This document shows, one piece after another, positions 7,096 through 22,187 of a stretch of 64,000 nt of DNA. Numbering within the stretch: position 1 is the stretch's first letter; each line of letters starts with the position of its first letter. The notes below the pieces were generated by a model that did no database searches, had not been told where the DNA came from, and saw nothing but the letters and a program-made list of their open reading frames with translations. The translations under genes were made by a program, and so were the position numbers. The DNA comes from the human T2T-CHM13v2.0 reference genome, Homo sapiens, in assembly GCA_009914755.4 (NCBI GenBank), contig CP068257.2, positions 35,744,001 through 35,808,000 on the forward strand. The letters run 5' to 3'.

Positions 7096-10000
7096 GGAGT
7101 TGTGAATCATTAGGGTGTAACTCATTATTAGAAATACTGGCAAATTTTGGAGTGATTCGTGTTTAATGACTCAGGGTTCTAACCTAGAGATGTGTCCCCG
7201 TAAGGTTTTTAGCGTGGAATTACCTTTGTGGCTTGCCGAGGCCAAAAGGTAAGGTAATGGTGATGAGGCCTGTTAATAAACTTTTCAGGCCTTTCCCCCC
7301 CCAAGAAAACTATGTAGTCAATTTTTGAATGAAAGGAATTAAAGATATTCCTTGATGTGTTTTGTACTTCAAACAATTTTGATTATAGTCATTTTTTGAG
7401 TATTGATGAGTCATAAGAAAGTTTTGTGTAAAGTTATTTTTAGTTATTCTTTGAATGCTTAAGGGTTCCTCTGTGACCCTTTTATAGTTTATGTGTCCAA
7501 AGTATTAATGAATATATTTAGCATTTTGATTTTGAGGTGTTTTAATAACTCAGGGGAATTACCTTTAGCTTTTGTGTTGTTTAATTTCTCATGTCTTGAT
7601 CAGTTACTTTAGGATAATATTGTTTTCAAGTAGACTTTTAAAAATGTGAGACCAGAACTAAAGTTTCATGTGTTAAGGTTTTAAGCTGCAGAAGATCATT
7701 TCAAAGAAACTGGTTATGAAAAAAGCTTACTTGATTATAGTCAAGATTTTTTACGCATACTTCAGGTATCCCAGTACTTTGGAGGATTTTCCCTGGTATA
7801 GCAGTGGTGTTTATGGTAGCTGTCCAAATTTATTTATACTTCAAACCATGCCAGAAAGTTAAGGATTTCTGTCAATGTCTACACCTAGTTCTCTTGTTAA
7901 GACTAGTAAAAAGTTCTCTTGTAAAAAGTTCATTTTTACCTCGAGAGGCATAAGCTCAGAGATTATTGCAGGAGGAAGGGTCACCCCTTGTGTTTGCCCC
8001 ATGAAGGCACACTCCTTTTTACCTGGTGGGTGTTGAAAAAATATTTGAAGGAATAGACCTGAATGAATGGTAATTATTGGTAGGGGTGGGAAATGGACTA
8101 AATGACCTAGTGAGATCTTTGTTTTGAGATCTAAGTATAAGATCATCTCTTAAACCTTTTAACAATATTTTGGTGGAACCTATTAGAAACTTAACACATT
8201 ATTGTGTGCAAGATATCTAAAAATAAGTCCAGTTTTTTAGAGGCAGTAACATTTAAGATAATTTAAAACATTCCATATTAGTGTAATGTCTTGTTAGGGA
8301 ATGTGGACAGTAAAAACGACCATTTGTTAAATTTTTTTTCCCCTCCAAAATATTGTCTGATGTTTGCTCCTTCGTGTTACTTATGGAGAGTTACTGTTTA
8401 TGACTTAAAGATATGGGGGTGGAGAGGCCTAGGTAACTGCAACAATGTATTTAGGTAATTTACATTAGGTTTTTAGAGGGCTATGACTGTCTGCAAAAGG
8501 AAAATTCAAGATACCTTGTTATAAACATGGTATACAGTGACCTTTGGCATGCATTTTGTTTTGTAACTACACGAAGTGTTAATTTGGATTGAATCTTTGT
8601 TTTCACTTGAAAACCTTTTTTTTTTTTTTAAGAAATAGCTTGGAAATTTAGGCTGCCCTGAGGTGTTTTCGTGTGTCTGTTTATGGTTGACAAGTATCTA
8701 GTTATGAGAAGAAAATGTGGATAGAATTAACTGTATTATAGGCGAGAAGGGAATTGCCTTATAATCTTGTGCCACTGAACACAAGATTAGTAGAAGAGTG
8801 GGCTTCACTTGTGACTTTCTTGGTATTTGTGATTAGGCGTGTGCCAGTTTGTCTTTGCTTTGGCATTAGCTTTCCTCATATTTGAGAAGGCTTTCACGTT
8901 TCCTGTACACACACAGGAAGCAGTTTCACCCCTCCCCAAGAAAAAACTTATCTAAACCCAGCAAAACCCAAAAACTTCCAGAAAGTCTTTATCAAGAATT
9001 TAGTTCCTCATCCCCAAAGTTGTGTTAGTCTTATTTTGTAGTAATCATAAGCAGTTATTTAAACTGAACCAAGAATCTTTACTTTCTGTTGAGTGTTTTG
9101 GTGATTTTACCTCCATATATGTTCGTCTATTTTCGATTTAGAAGTAAAGATATTACGTGAAACTATTAGTAATGTTTCCTGAAACTTGATACTAACAGTT
9201 TGCTCTGTGAAAGTGAATTGTGTGACCAGTGTAATAGCACCTTATGTATATATGGTGGTTTTGCCTTTTAAAAGACTTTTTACCAGATGTTATCTTGACT
9301 GTTGGGCAATTTTCTGATGGCTAGAGAGGTGGTAATTTATGACCCAAAGCTTGCTCAACTTTGGATTAAAAAGTTTGGAGAGTTAAAATTTGTGTTTAAT
9401 TACTTGGAAAAATCAGCAAATTATATTAAATTACCTAAAATTTCTCCTCAGTTGCTCCCAAATGAAGAAAGCTTTTTGAAATCTTGCCTTATGTCAGTGC
9501 TACAATTTTAAGCTAGAGTTGTAAAGTTTACCATAGAGTGTTTGAAAGTGAAATGTAGACTTCATGTGACTAAAATAATCATTGAAGGTTCGTTCATATT
9601 GGGTAATTGAAGAAAGATCTTATTTGTTAATACTGGCTACCAGCAGCCTTAGTTTGATTATTATTTTTTTATATGGAAACAAAATGATTTGGAAATATTG
9701 CACTGCGTAAGCCAGCTAGGTATTTAAAAAGTTAAGCTTTTGCTTTGAAATCCTACTTCCAGAGTACTAAAACGAGTGAGAATTGTTTATTGGTGATAAT
9801 ACCCTACGTTGAACACGTGAAATGGTGTGGTTTCTTTTGGGCATATATGTTTTGCTAATGTAGAACCATTTTGGTGTCTTGGCAATTGGTTCTTATACCA
9901 GAGCTATGTATCTTCTCTTCTAGAAAGCGATATTTAAAAGTTTGTATTACTGTTAAAACTAGGTTTTGACAAGTTACATAATTTTTTTTTGGTTTGGGGC

Positions 10001-10441
10001 AGATGCTCATATCTGATACATAGTGAGTAATAGCTTAAAATGTGTCTTTGTTCTTGTCAGTGAATATTCTTGTTTTATCTCCCCATGTTAGAAAAGTTTG
10101 TTTTAATTGATTTTTGGGGGGGGCCCAGTGAACTGGCTTAACATAGAATGAAACTGGCTTTCAGCATCAACTCTATTTTAAATAACATCCCTGTTCATTA
10201 AATAACCCCCTAATTTTTCTTGAGTGTATAACATTTCCAATGACAAGATTTGATTTTTTAATTTTTAAAAAAGCTTTCACAAAAAGCTTTTCCGTATTAT
10301 CATTATCTATATTATTTGATAATATAGAGCCATTTCGACATCTTGGCAGTTGGTTCTTCTACCAGAGCTATGCATTTTCTCTTCTGGGTTTTTCACAAAA
10401 GCTTTTGCATGTCCGTAAAATGTTATGGACATGTATGGTTA

Positions 10442-10789
<348 letters not shown>

Positions 10790-10889
10790 GGTTTGAACTG
10801 TGACATCTGTCTGTCTGCTTGCTATCCAGTTATAGACAGCAGTTGAGGCAGCATGATACTGTGGAAAGATCCCCTGCCCATGAAACCAT

Positions 10890-11055
10890 GAACAGAGGCT
10901 CCAGAATCTGGCTGATCTGAGTCTCAACAGGTTCTGTTGGCTGTGTGACTTTAGGTACAGTGATTTCACCAAACATCAGTTCCCTCATCTGTAAAATGAG
11001 GTTGATAGTAATTAGCATAGGAATCTTGTGAAAATTGAGATAATGCATGTACATT
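10890..11055 (+). mobile_element. MIR SINE
   Basis: ggctgtgtgactttaggtacagtgatttcaccaaacatcagttccctcatctgtaaaatgaggttgatagtaat...gaaaattgagataatgcatgtaca matches the MIR core and 3' region. Confidence 0.7.
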
Positions 11056-12863
11056 TCTTCATGGATTTCTTTCTCCTCCTTTTTTCTCTCCTCATCTTCA
11101 TTCATGCTCATTCTGTGATCCTAGCATAAATATTTTCTTCAGAGAGGCCTTCCCCAAACCAGGTAGTCTTCCTTGGCCATGCATTCTTTTTTTTGGCCAA
11201 GCAGGACCATTTGTTTTTCTTTGCAACCCTTACTGCAAATATGATTATTCATATATGTTCTTATATATAATTGTTCATTAAATTTCATTTAATATAATTG
11301 TAAATTTAATTTCTCCATTAAATTTTAAAGTCCATTTGGACAGGAAGAAGTTTTTCTTGATCATGGCTGTAACTCCAGTGCCTGGCACATAGGGGGTTTA
11401 GATTCATAGAATGATAGAATGCGGAACCTGTATGTTGAATCCTTCCTGACTACCACTCCTTAGCCATGTCATCTTGGGCAAAACAGCTTCTCCTCGCTTC
11501 AGTATCCTGTATGCCAGATATAGATAGCACCGGCTGCCCTGCCCAGGATTTTGAGAATGTGAAATGAGACACTATAATGAAGTGCTGAAGTGTAAAATGC
11601 CATATAAATATAAAATGGCACAGTAGCAATAATCTCAGTAATGGGGTTATTCAGTAGGAAGCTCTATTGTGACTTAAGAGTATAGAATTTTAGCTTTGCT
11701 GAGTTGGTTGGTAGCTAATATTTAAGAGTTACGATAAATTTAAGCTTTCTTATATGTACCAGTTAGAATGTAGATGGGCCTGTTTCTGACTAAATACAGT
11801 GGCTTAAACGAGAAATTTATTTTTCCTTCATAAAACAACAGTATAACTTATCTAAGGCTGATATGGTGGCACCACGATGTGAGGGAGCTTGGTTCCTTCT
11901 GTCTTGTTGCTTTCCTGTGCTTACCATTTTCTTCATAGTACAAGGCAGTTTCTCACTACATCCACAGTCCAGGAATAGGATTTTGGGAAGGCACATTCCA
12001 TCCCTTTAAAGACAAACCTGGAAGTTGCATACATGATTTTTCTTCATACCCTATTGGTCATAACTTAGTCATGTGGCCATGTTTAGATACAAAGGAGTCT
12101 GGGATATGTGGTCTTTGATAGGTGACTATTTGGCTGAAAATTTGGGTCTACTGAAGAAGGGGAGAATGGGGGATGATTAAACATTGCCTGTTACACTTCA
12201 AAATGTTTTGGGAGAAGCTTCCAGAAATAGACTTTGAAAATACAATGGATTGCATTAGTTAATAAGTTTATTTTCTGTATTTAATCATTAATTTTTTAAA
12301 CTATGGTATGTGAATTCAAATAGACCGTTATGCAAAATATAAGTAAGTGGTCAGATTAGAAAAATGTAGCTATACTTTTAGTAGTGAAGGGATTTTGGGT
12401 CTAATAACAGTTATTTTACTGACGCTTTATTTTCTGATAGAAACATGGTTCTTGATTGCTGTGCTTGTATCACGTAAGCAATATTTGAAATCTGAGCTTT
12501 TGCATTTAGTGTTAATAGTCCACTGGACCAACTGAATGTCTTCTTGCTCATACCCTCAGCAAACAATGCTACAATAACACTCGCATGTTGTCAGGATGTC
12601 ATAAAGATTTGAGTCACCGAACACTGCAAGAAGGATGATAGCAGAGATATTTAAACGTACATTTACTATCTAGTATGTTCCTCTTGAATTCCTGTGGATT
12701 TGAAAAAAGAGAAATATAAATATCTAAGATTCCCTTAAACTATGAAATATTATTAGCTCTAGTACAGACTTGGGAAAACTAATGGTTCCCAAACAGTCTT
12801 CTGGAGAACTTGTCAAAGTTAAGAGATTTCCAAGCTCAGATGCCTCTCTTTCTGTAGGTTTAG

Positions 12864-13177
<314 letters not shown>

Positions 13178-13809
13178 TGGAATCTGTTTTCTTAAGGACT
13201 CCAGGTAATCCTGATGCAGTAGGAACATTTTGAGAAACACCAATAAAGTTCATTTCTCACATATTAGAGAAGGAAGTGGGTGCAGAGAAGCTGAGTGACT
13301 AATCAGTGCCTCAGAATAAGCAGGCCTGGGACTAGCATTGTTTTTCCTGACTCTTCGTTCTTTGTTCTTTCTACAGAAGAGGGAATAAAGGACAAGGTGT
13401 ACAGAGTGCAGTGGGATTTTATAGGAATAGTTATCATCTTAAAGTAAGTATGTGGCTTTTAATGTGGGAGCTTATGTCTAGTGAATGGTTGGCCCAGTTG
13501 TCCTTTTTGCCCTATAGAAAAATAATGTGAATATTTAAATACTCAAGTGAATGTTTAAAGGTTAAGTGAATATTTAAAGGTGAAAAGCTGAAGGTTTTAA
13601 GTAAGGTTTTGTTAGTATCAGCACTATTGTGGGCAATGTATATACAGCATTAGAATAGATGTATAGGCAGCTACTTACTTGACATGATTAGAAGGAACAA
13701 AGGTAGTTCTTGTCCTCAAATTACTACTTTCCTTTTAGGTTGCTTGTAATTTTCACTGTTGGAATTCATTTCATTAGATTAAGATAAAATCTGGAATTCT
13801 CTAGTTTAA

Positions 13810-14134
<325 letters not shown>

Positions 14135-14553
14135 CTGGAGGAATATTCTTTACCTGTTATGAGGTTAACACTTTATTTGTATCAGTTATTATTATTAGAT
14201 CTAGCCTGAAAACCCATAGCCCTAAATTGGAACAGGCATGCCTGTTTTTGCACCCAAAAGTTGCCTTTTGGCCCGCCAAGCCCCCCTCTTCCTATACCAA
14301 TATAAACCTGAAACCGCAGGCCCCACAAGCAGACGAGGAGATGAAGAACAGAATGACAGAATGGCTTGGCAGAGAGAAGAGAGAGTCTGAGTGCTGGGAG
14401 GAGTTCCACTGGGAGTGGTCAAAGGGGAGAACAGCTGCTTAGTGCAGGTGTCAGTCCAGAAATCAGAATGATGCCTGCACTAAGAATGTTTTGGAAAGGA
14501 GGGAAGAACACAGTCCATGTGCCCTTTACTGAGAAAAATGAAGGGTATGTTTA

Positions 14554-14832
14554 GGCCAGGCGCAGTGGCTCATGCCTGTAATCGCAGCACTTTGGGAGGC
14601 CAAGGCGAGTGGATCACGAGGTCAGGAGTTCGAGACCAGCCTGGCTAAAATGGTGAAACCCCCATCTCTACTACAGATACAGAAATTAGCCAGGTGCAGT
14701 AGTGAGTGTCTGTAGTCCCAGGTACTTGGGAGGCAGAGGCAGGATAATTGTTGGAACCCTGGAAGCGGAGGTTGCAGTGGGCTGAGATCGTGCCACTGCG
14801 ACAGAGTGAGACTTCGTCTCAATTTTTTTTTT
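14554..14832 (+). mobile_element. Alu with an atypical 3' end (a T-run where the A-tail should be) and TSD agggtatgttta
   Basis: ggccaggcgcagtggctcatgcctgtaatcgcagcactttgggagg ... gatcgtgccactgcgacagagtgagacttcgtctcaa(T)10; agggtatgttta flanks both sides. Confidence 0.85.
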
Positions 14833-15237
14833 AAGGGTATGTTTAAGAAATATCACCTTGTGGTATGGTCATGGGAAGGTTCATGTGAGTATTCTCTGGT
14901 GGCCAGAGGTTGGTAGTGTTAGCTTGCTTCGATGGCTTCCTATCACTGAGAGTGTTGGTAATGGCACTGTGGGTAATTCTGCCTAGGACCCTGCGCTTGA
15001 TTAACTACTGGACTAGAGGGAGTGTCCCTGTTTTCTTACTGTCTTATTTGTTAGGGCCCGTATTTGAGCAGTGTTATCAAACATATAAGGTACGGTTCTG
15101 ATCATCTAGGATATTCTAGTTTTTAAAGAGATCCACAAGTAGTATATAGTTTAAAAAAACAAGCTCTGTGGAATGATAGCAGATCATTTCCCCCTTCTCA
15201 TGTTCCATAATAATAACTGTTCAGTTTTTCCTACCAG

Positions 15238-15370
15238 AAATGTATGCATGTGTATATATACACACACAATTATATATATTATACTTTTAGTATGTATTGT
15301 GTTAGAAAACTATGTATGATTCCATTATTTTTAAGTGCATAGACAGGTGTGTGTGTGTGTATGTACACAG
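15238..15370. repeat. Compound TA/CA/GT simple repeats
   Basis: gtgtatatatacacacacaattatatatattatac ... gtgtgtgtgtgtgtatgtacacagtg. Confidence 0.8.
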
Positions 15371-15457
15371 TGTCTGTGTATTTAAAATCCAAACCAAATG
15401 GGATCAGACATACTAAACACACAGTTTTGCAACTTAAGCTTTTTATTTATTTAGTTA

Positions 15458-15742
<285 letters not shown>

Positions 15743-15814
15743 CATTTTTTTTTACTTGACCTATGTTAGAAATATTTCCATGTCAGCTCACAGAGCTCCC
15801 ATTTTTTAAAATTT

Positions 15815-16082
15815 GGGACAGAGTCTCGCTGTCACTGAGGCTGAAGTGCAGTGGCATGATCATAGTTCACTGCAGCCTTGACCTCCTGGGTTCAAGCGAT
15901 CCTCTCACCTTAGCCTCCTGAGTAGCTGAGATTATAGGTGTACACCACCACACCCAGCTAATTTTTAAATTTTTTGTTGAGACATAGTCTTGCTATGTTG
16001 CCTAGGCTGGTCTTGAACTCCTGGCCTCAGTGATCCTCCTGTCTTGTCCTCTCACAGTGCAGCTGTGAGACACTGCCCAGCC
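15815..16082 (-). mobile_element. Alu (antisense), older and diverged subfamily
   Basis: gggacagagtctcgctgtcactgaggctgaagtgcagtggcatgatcatagttcactgcagccttgacctcctgggttcaagcgatcctc...gctggtcttgaactcctggcctcagtgatcctcc. Confidence 0.85.
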
Positions 16083-16576
16083 TCTATTGTTCTTAATGGT
16101 CGGAAAGTATTCTGTTCTATGGTTGTACCTCTGTTTAGTCAGACTGCATTAAAGGACATTTAAGTTCATATTTTTGCTCTTTTAAACAATGCTGGTGCGT
16201 ACTTCCTTGCATGTATAGTTGTGTTCTGTGAGTATTGGCCATAGGATGTCTATTTATAAGGAAAGTGGCTGGTTCACCAGGTATATGGATATTTGAATAT
16301 ATGTTGCCATATTGTCTTCCAGAAAAGTAGCAGTAGTTTATGCTTTCACCAGCAGTGTCTGAGAGTGTATAGTTTCTCAAATCTCACCAACACTGTTGTT
16401 ACCTTAGATTTTTGTGAATGTAATAGGTGAATAATGATGTCTAGTTGTTTGGATTTGCATTTCTTTAATTATGACTGAGTTTGAACACCTTAAGTTGTAC
16501 TATAAGATTTTTATTTTAAATAACAAAATAATTCATTCTTCATCAGATGTATGTTATAGTTAAAGTATTTCCTGGG

Positions 16577-16876
16577 GGCCAGGCATGGTTTCTCACACCT
16601 GTAATCCCAGCAATTTGGGAGGCCGAGGTGGGCTGATCACCTGAGGTTGGGAGTTTGAGACGACCCTGACCGACATGGAGAAACCCTGTCTCTACTAAAA
16701 ATACAAAATCAGCCGGGTGTGGTGGTACATGCCTGTAATCCCAGCTACTGGGGAGGCTGAGGCAGGAGAATTGCTTGAACCTGGGAGGCGGACGTGGTGG
16801 TGAGCCGGAGATCACGCCATTGCACTCCAGCCTGGGCAACAAGAGCGAAACTCCATCTCGAAAAACAAAACAAAAG
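16577..16876 (+). mobile_element. Full-length Alu
   Basis: gggccaggcatggtttctcacacctgtaatcccagcaatttgggaggccgaggtgggc...cattgcactccagcctgggcaacaagagcgaaactccatctcgaaaaacaaaacaaaag. Confidence 0.92.
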
Positions 16877-19419
16877 TATTTTTTGGGTTCCCTTTATTTC
16901 GTTACTCTGTTGATTGAATAACTGATGTTTTGATAAATTGTAAATGCCTACAGAAAAGAGGGCTCTTGTTCTTCTTCAATTGAGTGAACATTTGCATGTC
17001 CTCTGTATGAGATATGAGTCGTGGTAGAAGCTTTTGATTATAAAAGTGAATAAGGTTTGGTTACATCTGCTTTTAATGTTGAGATAGGTGTGTCAATACA
17101 GGAAAACTTGAACACAGATAAGACCATGGCCGTTAACAGTTAGAGGGGTTGACATGTGGAGAGCTAGAAGAGCACAGGAAGTAAGACAATTATGGGGATT
17201 CGAGTGTGCATTGTGGAGATGGGACTGGGTCTCGATCTTGAAGAGTGGATGGATGGGCTTTTTATGGTGGAACCTGAGGACTTGACAGTCTATTGGAGGA
17301 AGTCATGTGGGCAATGGGTGGTGGTGGGAAATGAAGGTGACTTTGAAGAATGACAGAGTCATATCCCTGGAGCATCAGATGAGGGAGAGAGGGAGGGAGA
17401 GTGAGTTTGGTATGCTCAGGGAGTGAAGGGGACACTTGTGGACATGAGAGTGGGGTTGAGTCTTAATATTATAAAGATATGAATTTGGGGCGATTGAGGG
17501 TTTTTCAGCAGGGATTAGGACAGATCTGTGGGTTGGAGGGAGGTGACACTGTAAGAAGGAGGGTTTGGAAGGCAGGACCATTCTAGATGTAATGTATAGG
17601 CATGAGGGAATACGAAGAGGTGAAAAGTGGAAGACAGATGGGAAAACCTTAAAAATATTCTTAATTATACTTTAATTTCCAACAGACCAAAGTGAGTATT
17701 TCTGGATTCAAACAGCAACATGGCCAAGTTTTTGGAGATAGGAAAAAGAGTATTAAGCTTTGTTGGCAGTATACTAAAAGGTTCTAGGAATGCAGTGATT
17801 AGGTTTTAGTGGGACATGGAGAATATGTCCTACTGAGGACCTGAAGGAACTGTTGAGGAACTGAAGATAAAATTATTATTGTAGTTCAGACCTTACATTA
17901 GGGACAGGTGGAAATAATTTGCAGCACCATTAAATATGAGCTAAAAAATAGGGCAGTGGGAGAGGGCAATGTTTGAAGCTGTGAATCTGTAAAGGAAAAG
18001 GTTGTATCATAATTCATGGTTTGGAAAATGGAGAGTAGCTGAGCATGTGAGCAGTTTCATTTTTTCTGAGCATCTTAGTATTTGCCTGAAAAAAATCTCA
18101 TATTCTCTTTATTTTTTCATGTATCCTAATTGGAAGACTGGTTATTTAAAAAGCATTTATCTTGTGGAGTGATAGAACTATTTATTGAGCACCTGCTGGT
18201 GCCAAATATAGAAAAACCTGGGGCCTGGGAATCAGTGCTGAAACAAAGGCCACTCCTGTCCCTGCTATCACGGATGTTACGTTCTGGCTGGGGGAATCTT
18301 TAATAGTTCTTGAGTAGGCCTAAGGACTTAGTCTAGAATAGATACAAATTAAATTTTCCTTAAAGCGAACATAGAGTCTATAAAATGGAATAATTTTTGA
18401 TGTTGCTTTTTGAAGGTCAAAAAATTTTTGTTTCATTTTAGAGTCCTTTTAACAGTTAATTTTGACTTAAAAGTTTGTTTGGATAAAAATAGGACTCTAG
18501 CCCTTAAGACAAATACTGTCTGTTGAAAAATTTATTCTGATTTGGTTATTTTCCCTCGAAAAAAACAACTGTTACCACAGTGGTGTTTTTTACTTTATCT
18601 TTACATCAAATGTTCGTTATTGAGAGACATTGCTTCTGTGATATAAAAGATTGTTTTGTAAAAGTTTGTTGAAACAACAATGGTAAGATCCTATAGGATC
18701 TCATTGAGTATTTTACAGTTTAATTTTTTTTTTTTGTATTTCGTTGTTGTGGTTCTGTAGTACAATTTAAAACATCAGTAAAGCTAGGTAAATTTACCTA
18801 GGAATTGGCCTGAAGGCCCACAGTTACTCAGCAATATTAGAGACAGCTATGCAAAGGGAGAAGCCAGGCGTTTTAAGATTCACGGGAGACAGTTTGTAGG
18901 AAGGCTGTTTGCTGAATAAGACAAAGATACAGACATGCAAAGTAAAGGATGTGGGCCTATAGGGAAGGTCAAAGAATAAGGAAAGTTCACTTGAGTGAGC
19001 AGAAATGGAAGAGGGATTTAAGCAAATAGATGAACAAGAATTGTCTCTCCTAAAAAAAAAAAACCTACACAATTATTTGATGATTTATTATGACTTTTGG
19101 GGTAGAGACCACGCTAGTCACAGGATCTGCAAGCCCTGCCACCTGGATGATCTGGCTCCAGCTGGCTCACTGCCTCTTCTCACCAGTCTCTGGATCATGT
19201 GACTGTACCGGCTCCTAGTCTTTGCATATGCTGCTTCCTTGGCTTGGGATCATCACTTCTATCAGCTCTTCTATCCCTTCTATGCGCTCTTCGTTTTAAA
19301 AATCTCATGTGTCCTTGTACTCTTCCTTCATAACGCTTATTACAGTTGATAATTTTTTAGTGCTTATTTGATTAATGCCCTCCAGAGATGAGGACCAGTA
19401 GTGTTTTGCTCTCTCTTGC

Positions 19420-19490
19420 AATCTCAGTGGTTGGCAGGGTGCTTGGCACATAGTAAACACTAAATAAACATTTGTTGAATGAATCAGTGA
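19420..19490 (+). mobile_element. MIR 3'-end fragment
   Basis: cagggtgcttggcacatagtaaacactaaataaacatttgttgaatgaatcag resembles the MIR tail gcacagtgcctggcacatagtaagcgctcaataaatg. Confidence 0.55.
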
Positions 19491-19972
19491 ACTACATGCT
19501 TTGGTCTTTACTAGTTGGTCTCAAGGACCAAAAACCTACAGTAGGAAGATGTTTGTTGGACTAAGAGATTAGCAGGAAATATGAGAGCTTTGAGGAAAAA
19601 GGAAAAGATGAAGTTTTTTAAAGATAGGATTAGAAAGTTCTATGTAGTCAGGAGAAAGAAAATTATTCGTGGAATAATTCAACAAATGCACATGAAATGC
19701 CTACTATGTATTGAGAATTAGATACTGGAAATGTGGAGTGGAAAGATTCTGTCTTCTGTATTAAAGGAGTGTATAATTGTAGTAGTTTACTGAAATGGGG
19801 ACAGTCCTTAGTGGTTGTTTGGAGCAGGTGTAAGTTGTGGAGAGGGATCAGCCTGGATCAGGATATTCTTCACTCTTCTAGCCGACACAGTGAAGTTCAT
19901 TCAGCAGTTATATCTGGAATGTAGCTCTGGCATTTGTAGTAGCTTTCAGGTGCATATCGAATATAAGTGCTA

Positions 19973-20158
<186 letters not shown>

Positions 20159-20559
20159 TTATTTGTTTAAAGACTGACAGAATAGTTCATTTGGATTCTT
20201 TTTGGCTTTAACTTCAAGTTTGGACAACAGAACAAGAATGAGGAAAAGTTTGTAGTATGGACAAGTTTTCAAAAGAATGAGTCGTGTAGTTAGAAAATTG
20301 AAGCTGTTGATCTTGTCAGCTGAATGAGCTTTCTTAAAGCTTATAAAGGGATATGTTTGAATATAGTTTTATAACCTTTTTCAGTGACTAATTTCTGTAG
20401 TAAATATTTGGAAAAGCAAATCATCACATAATTCCTGCAGGTCTCTTTGTGCCTGGCTCCATGCTAAGCTCTTGGGACATAATAGTGAATCAGATGGATA
20501 TTCATGGTTCCTGCCCTCATGAAGCTTGCTTTCTTTTTTTTTTTAAAAAAAAAAATTAA

Positions 20560-20682
20560 ATTTTTTTTTATAGTGATCTCACTTTTACGGGGATCTCACT
20601 TTGTTGCCCAGGCTGGTCCAAACTCCTGGGCTCAAGTGATCCTCCTGCCTCAGCCTCATGAAGCGTAAGCCACTGTGCCTAG
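20560..20682 (-). mobile_element. Partial Alu (antisense) next to a (T)11(A)11 hairpin-capable run at 20535-20560
   Basis: ggggatctcactttgttgcccaggctggtccaaactcctgggctcaagtgatcctcctgcctcagcctcatgaagcgtaagccactgtgcctagc. Confidence 0.8.
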
Positions 20683-22157
20683 CAGTTGAAGCTTTCAGTT
20701 AGTCAGAACTCCCTGGAGTGAGTGTAAAGGAAAACCTGGCTTGTGGATTGGGTGAGCAGTTGTATTGATTTACTTATTTATTTATAATTTCTTGAACTTA
20801 GTTTTGGTAGCACCGTTTTAAACTACTTTAAACTACTTGTTGCTTTATTTCTGGTAACATAGGGAGTGTGGGATCACACTTACTTTACCAAGGTAAAATA
20901 AAAACTTGGATCTTCAACCTTTTGGCAGATTATTTTCTAAAAAAGGTATTCTTGTAAATCTGAGTTTCTCCTCTTAAAAAGCAAGCTACTATTTAGTAAC
21001 AGTAACAATAGCTACTATTAATCAGTTACCTGCAGCAGACCAGCCACTGGCCTACTGAATGAATAACTATTTATTATTAGTTATTTTAATATACCTAGAA
21101 AGTGATTGGTATTATCCGTGTTTACCTCCAGATAATAAAAAGCCTAAACAGTTAAGTGCCGTAAAGTTGAACATTTAGAGAAAAAGAAGAGTTTCTGTAA
21201 CCCATTAACTGAAGAAATAGATAAAAGTTCTGGCATGCTGGGATTGATACCTTGTGTTATTGGTTCATTAGTTTTTTTGGATTATAAACAAGATAATCTA
21301 ACACCTTTCTGTGTTTGGGGAAGTCTTTATCTTAGGAGTCTTTGTGAGAGGGAGAGCGATCTCCACCATTAAGAAAGCTAATTGTTCACTTTCCCCACCG
21401 CTTTTGCAGTTAGGATGCAATCCTGTGGCCTCCATGACTGGCAGTGCTTGCCTACCTCAGAGGCCAGTGATCTGCAGAGGCAGGCGGTATGTAGAATCTG
21501 TATTCTCTAGTCAAGGAGGGATGGGGATGGGATAGCAGCTTATCTTTTCCATAGGCAGCAGTGACTGAGATTCCAGTTGCAACACTTAGTGCCTGGTGTT
21601 GGTATCAGTATAAGTTGCAGTGACTGAGTCTCATTTGGTCTTCACTGGACCATATCTGTGGTTTGAATTTTGGATGTTCTTAACTATGTAGCTTTCCAGC
21701 CTGGTCCCCATGGGGTTTTCTGTGAGTTGCCTAATACACTTTAATAACTTCCTTTCAGCTTAAACAAAGCCAGAGCCAGTTTCTTTGTTTGCAACTAAGA
21801 ACCTTTACTTGGAAGATGCTAATTAAGACAATAGATAATTCCAAGGAACTCTCCTGGGTCAGGTTTACCTGCATGTAGATTAGAATTTACTGAGAAGAGT
21901 TCACAGCATATATTAAGTGAAATACTTAGAAACCTGTTTATTGATTTAATTAGTTTGCTGAATTTGAGTGCCTCTTCTTGGCTGCGATATGTTTTAGGTG
22001 TTAAGGATACAGGAGTGACAAGATTGACAAGGTCCCTGCACTCACAGAGCTTATGTTCCATTGTAAGATGTAGAGTAAACAAGAAAGCAAATAACATAAT
22101 TACAAAAAGTGATAAATGCCATGAAAAAAATAAAGATGGGGTGATGTGATAGGTAAT

Positions 22158-22187
22158 GGTGTATGTGTGTGTGTGTGTGTGTGTGTA
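22158..22187. repeat. (GT)n microsatellite of about 13 units
   Basis: gtgtatgtgtgtgtgtgtgtgtgtgtgtgtag. Confidence 0.9.

Noticed and set aside
20535-20560. (T)11(A)11 perfect inverted homopolymer pair, and the similar (A)11(T)10 at 27360-27390, as designed hairpins or regulatory palindromes
   Set aside because: Both sit at junctions where the A-tail or T-head of an Alu fragment meets another homopolymer run. That is the usual by-product of nested or inverted Alu insertions rather than a distinct element.
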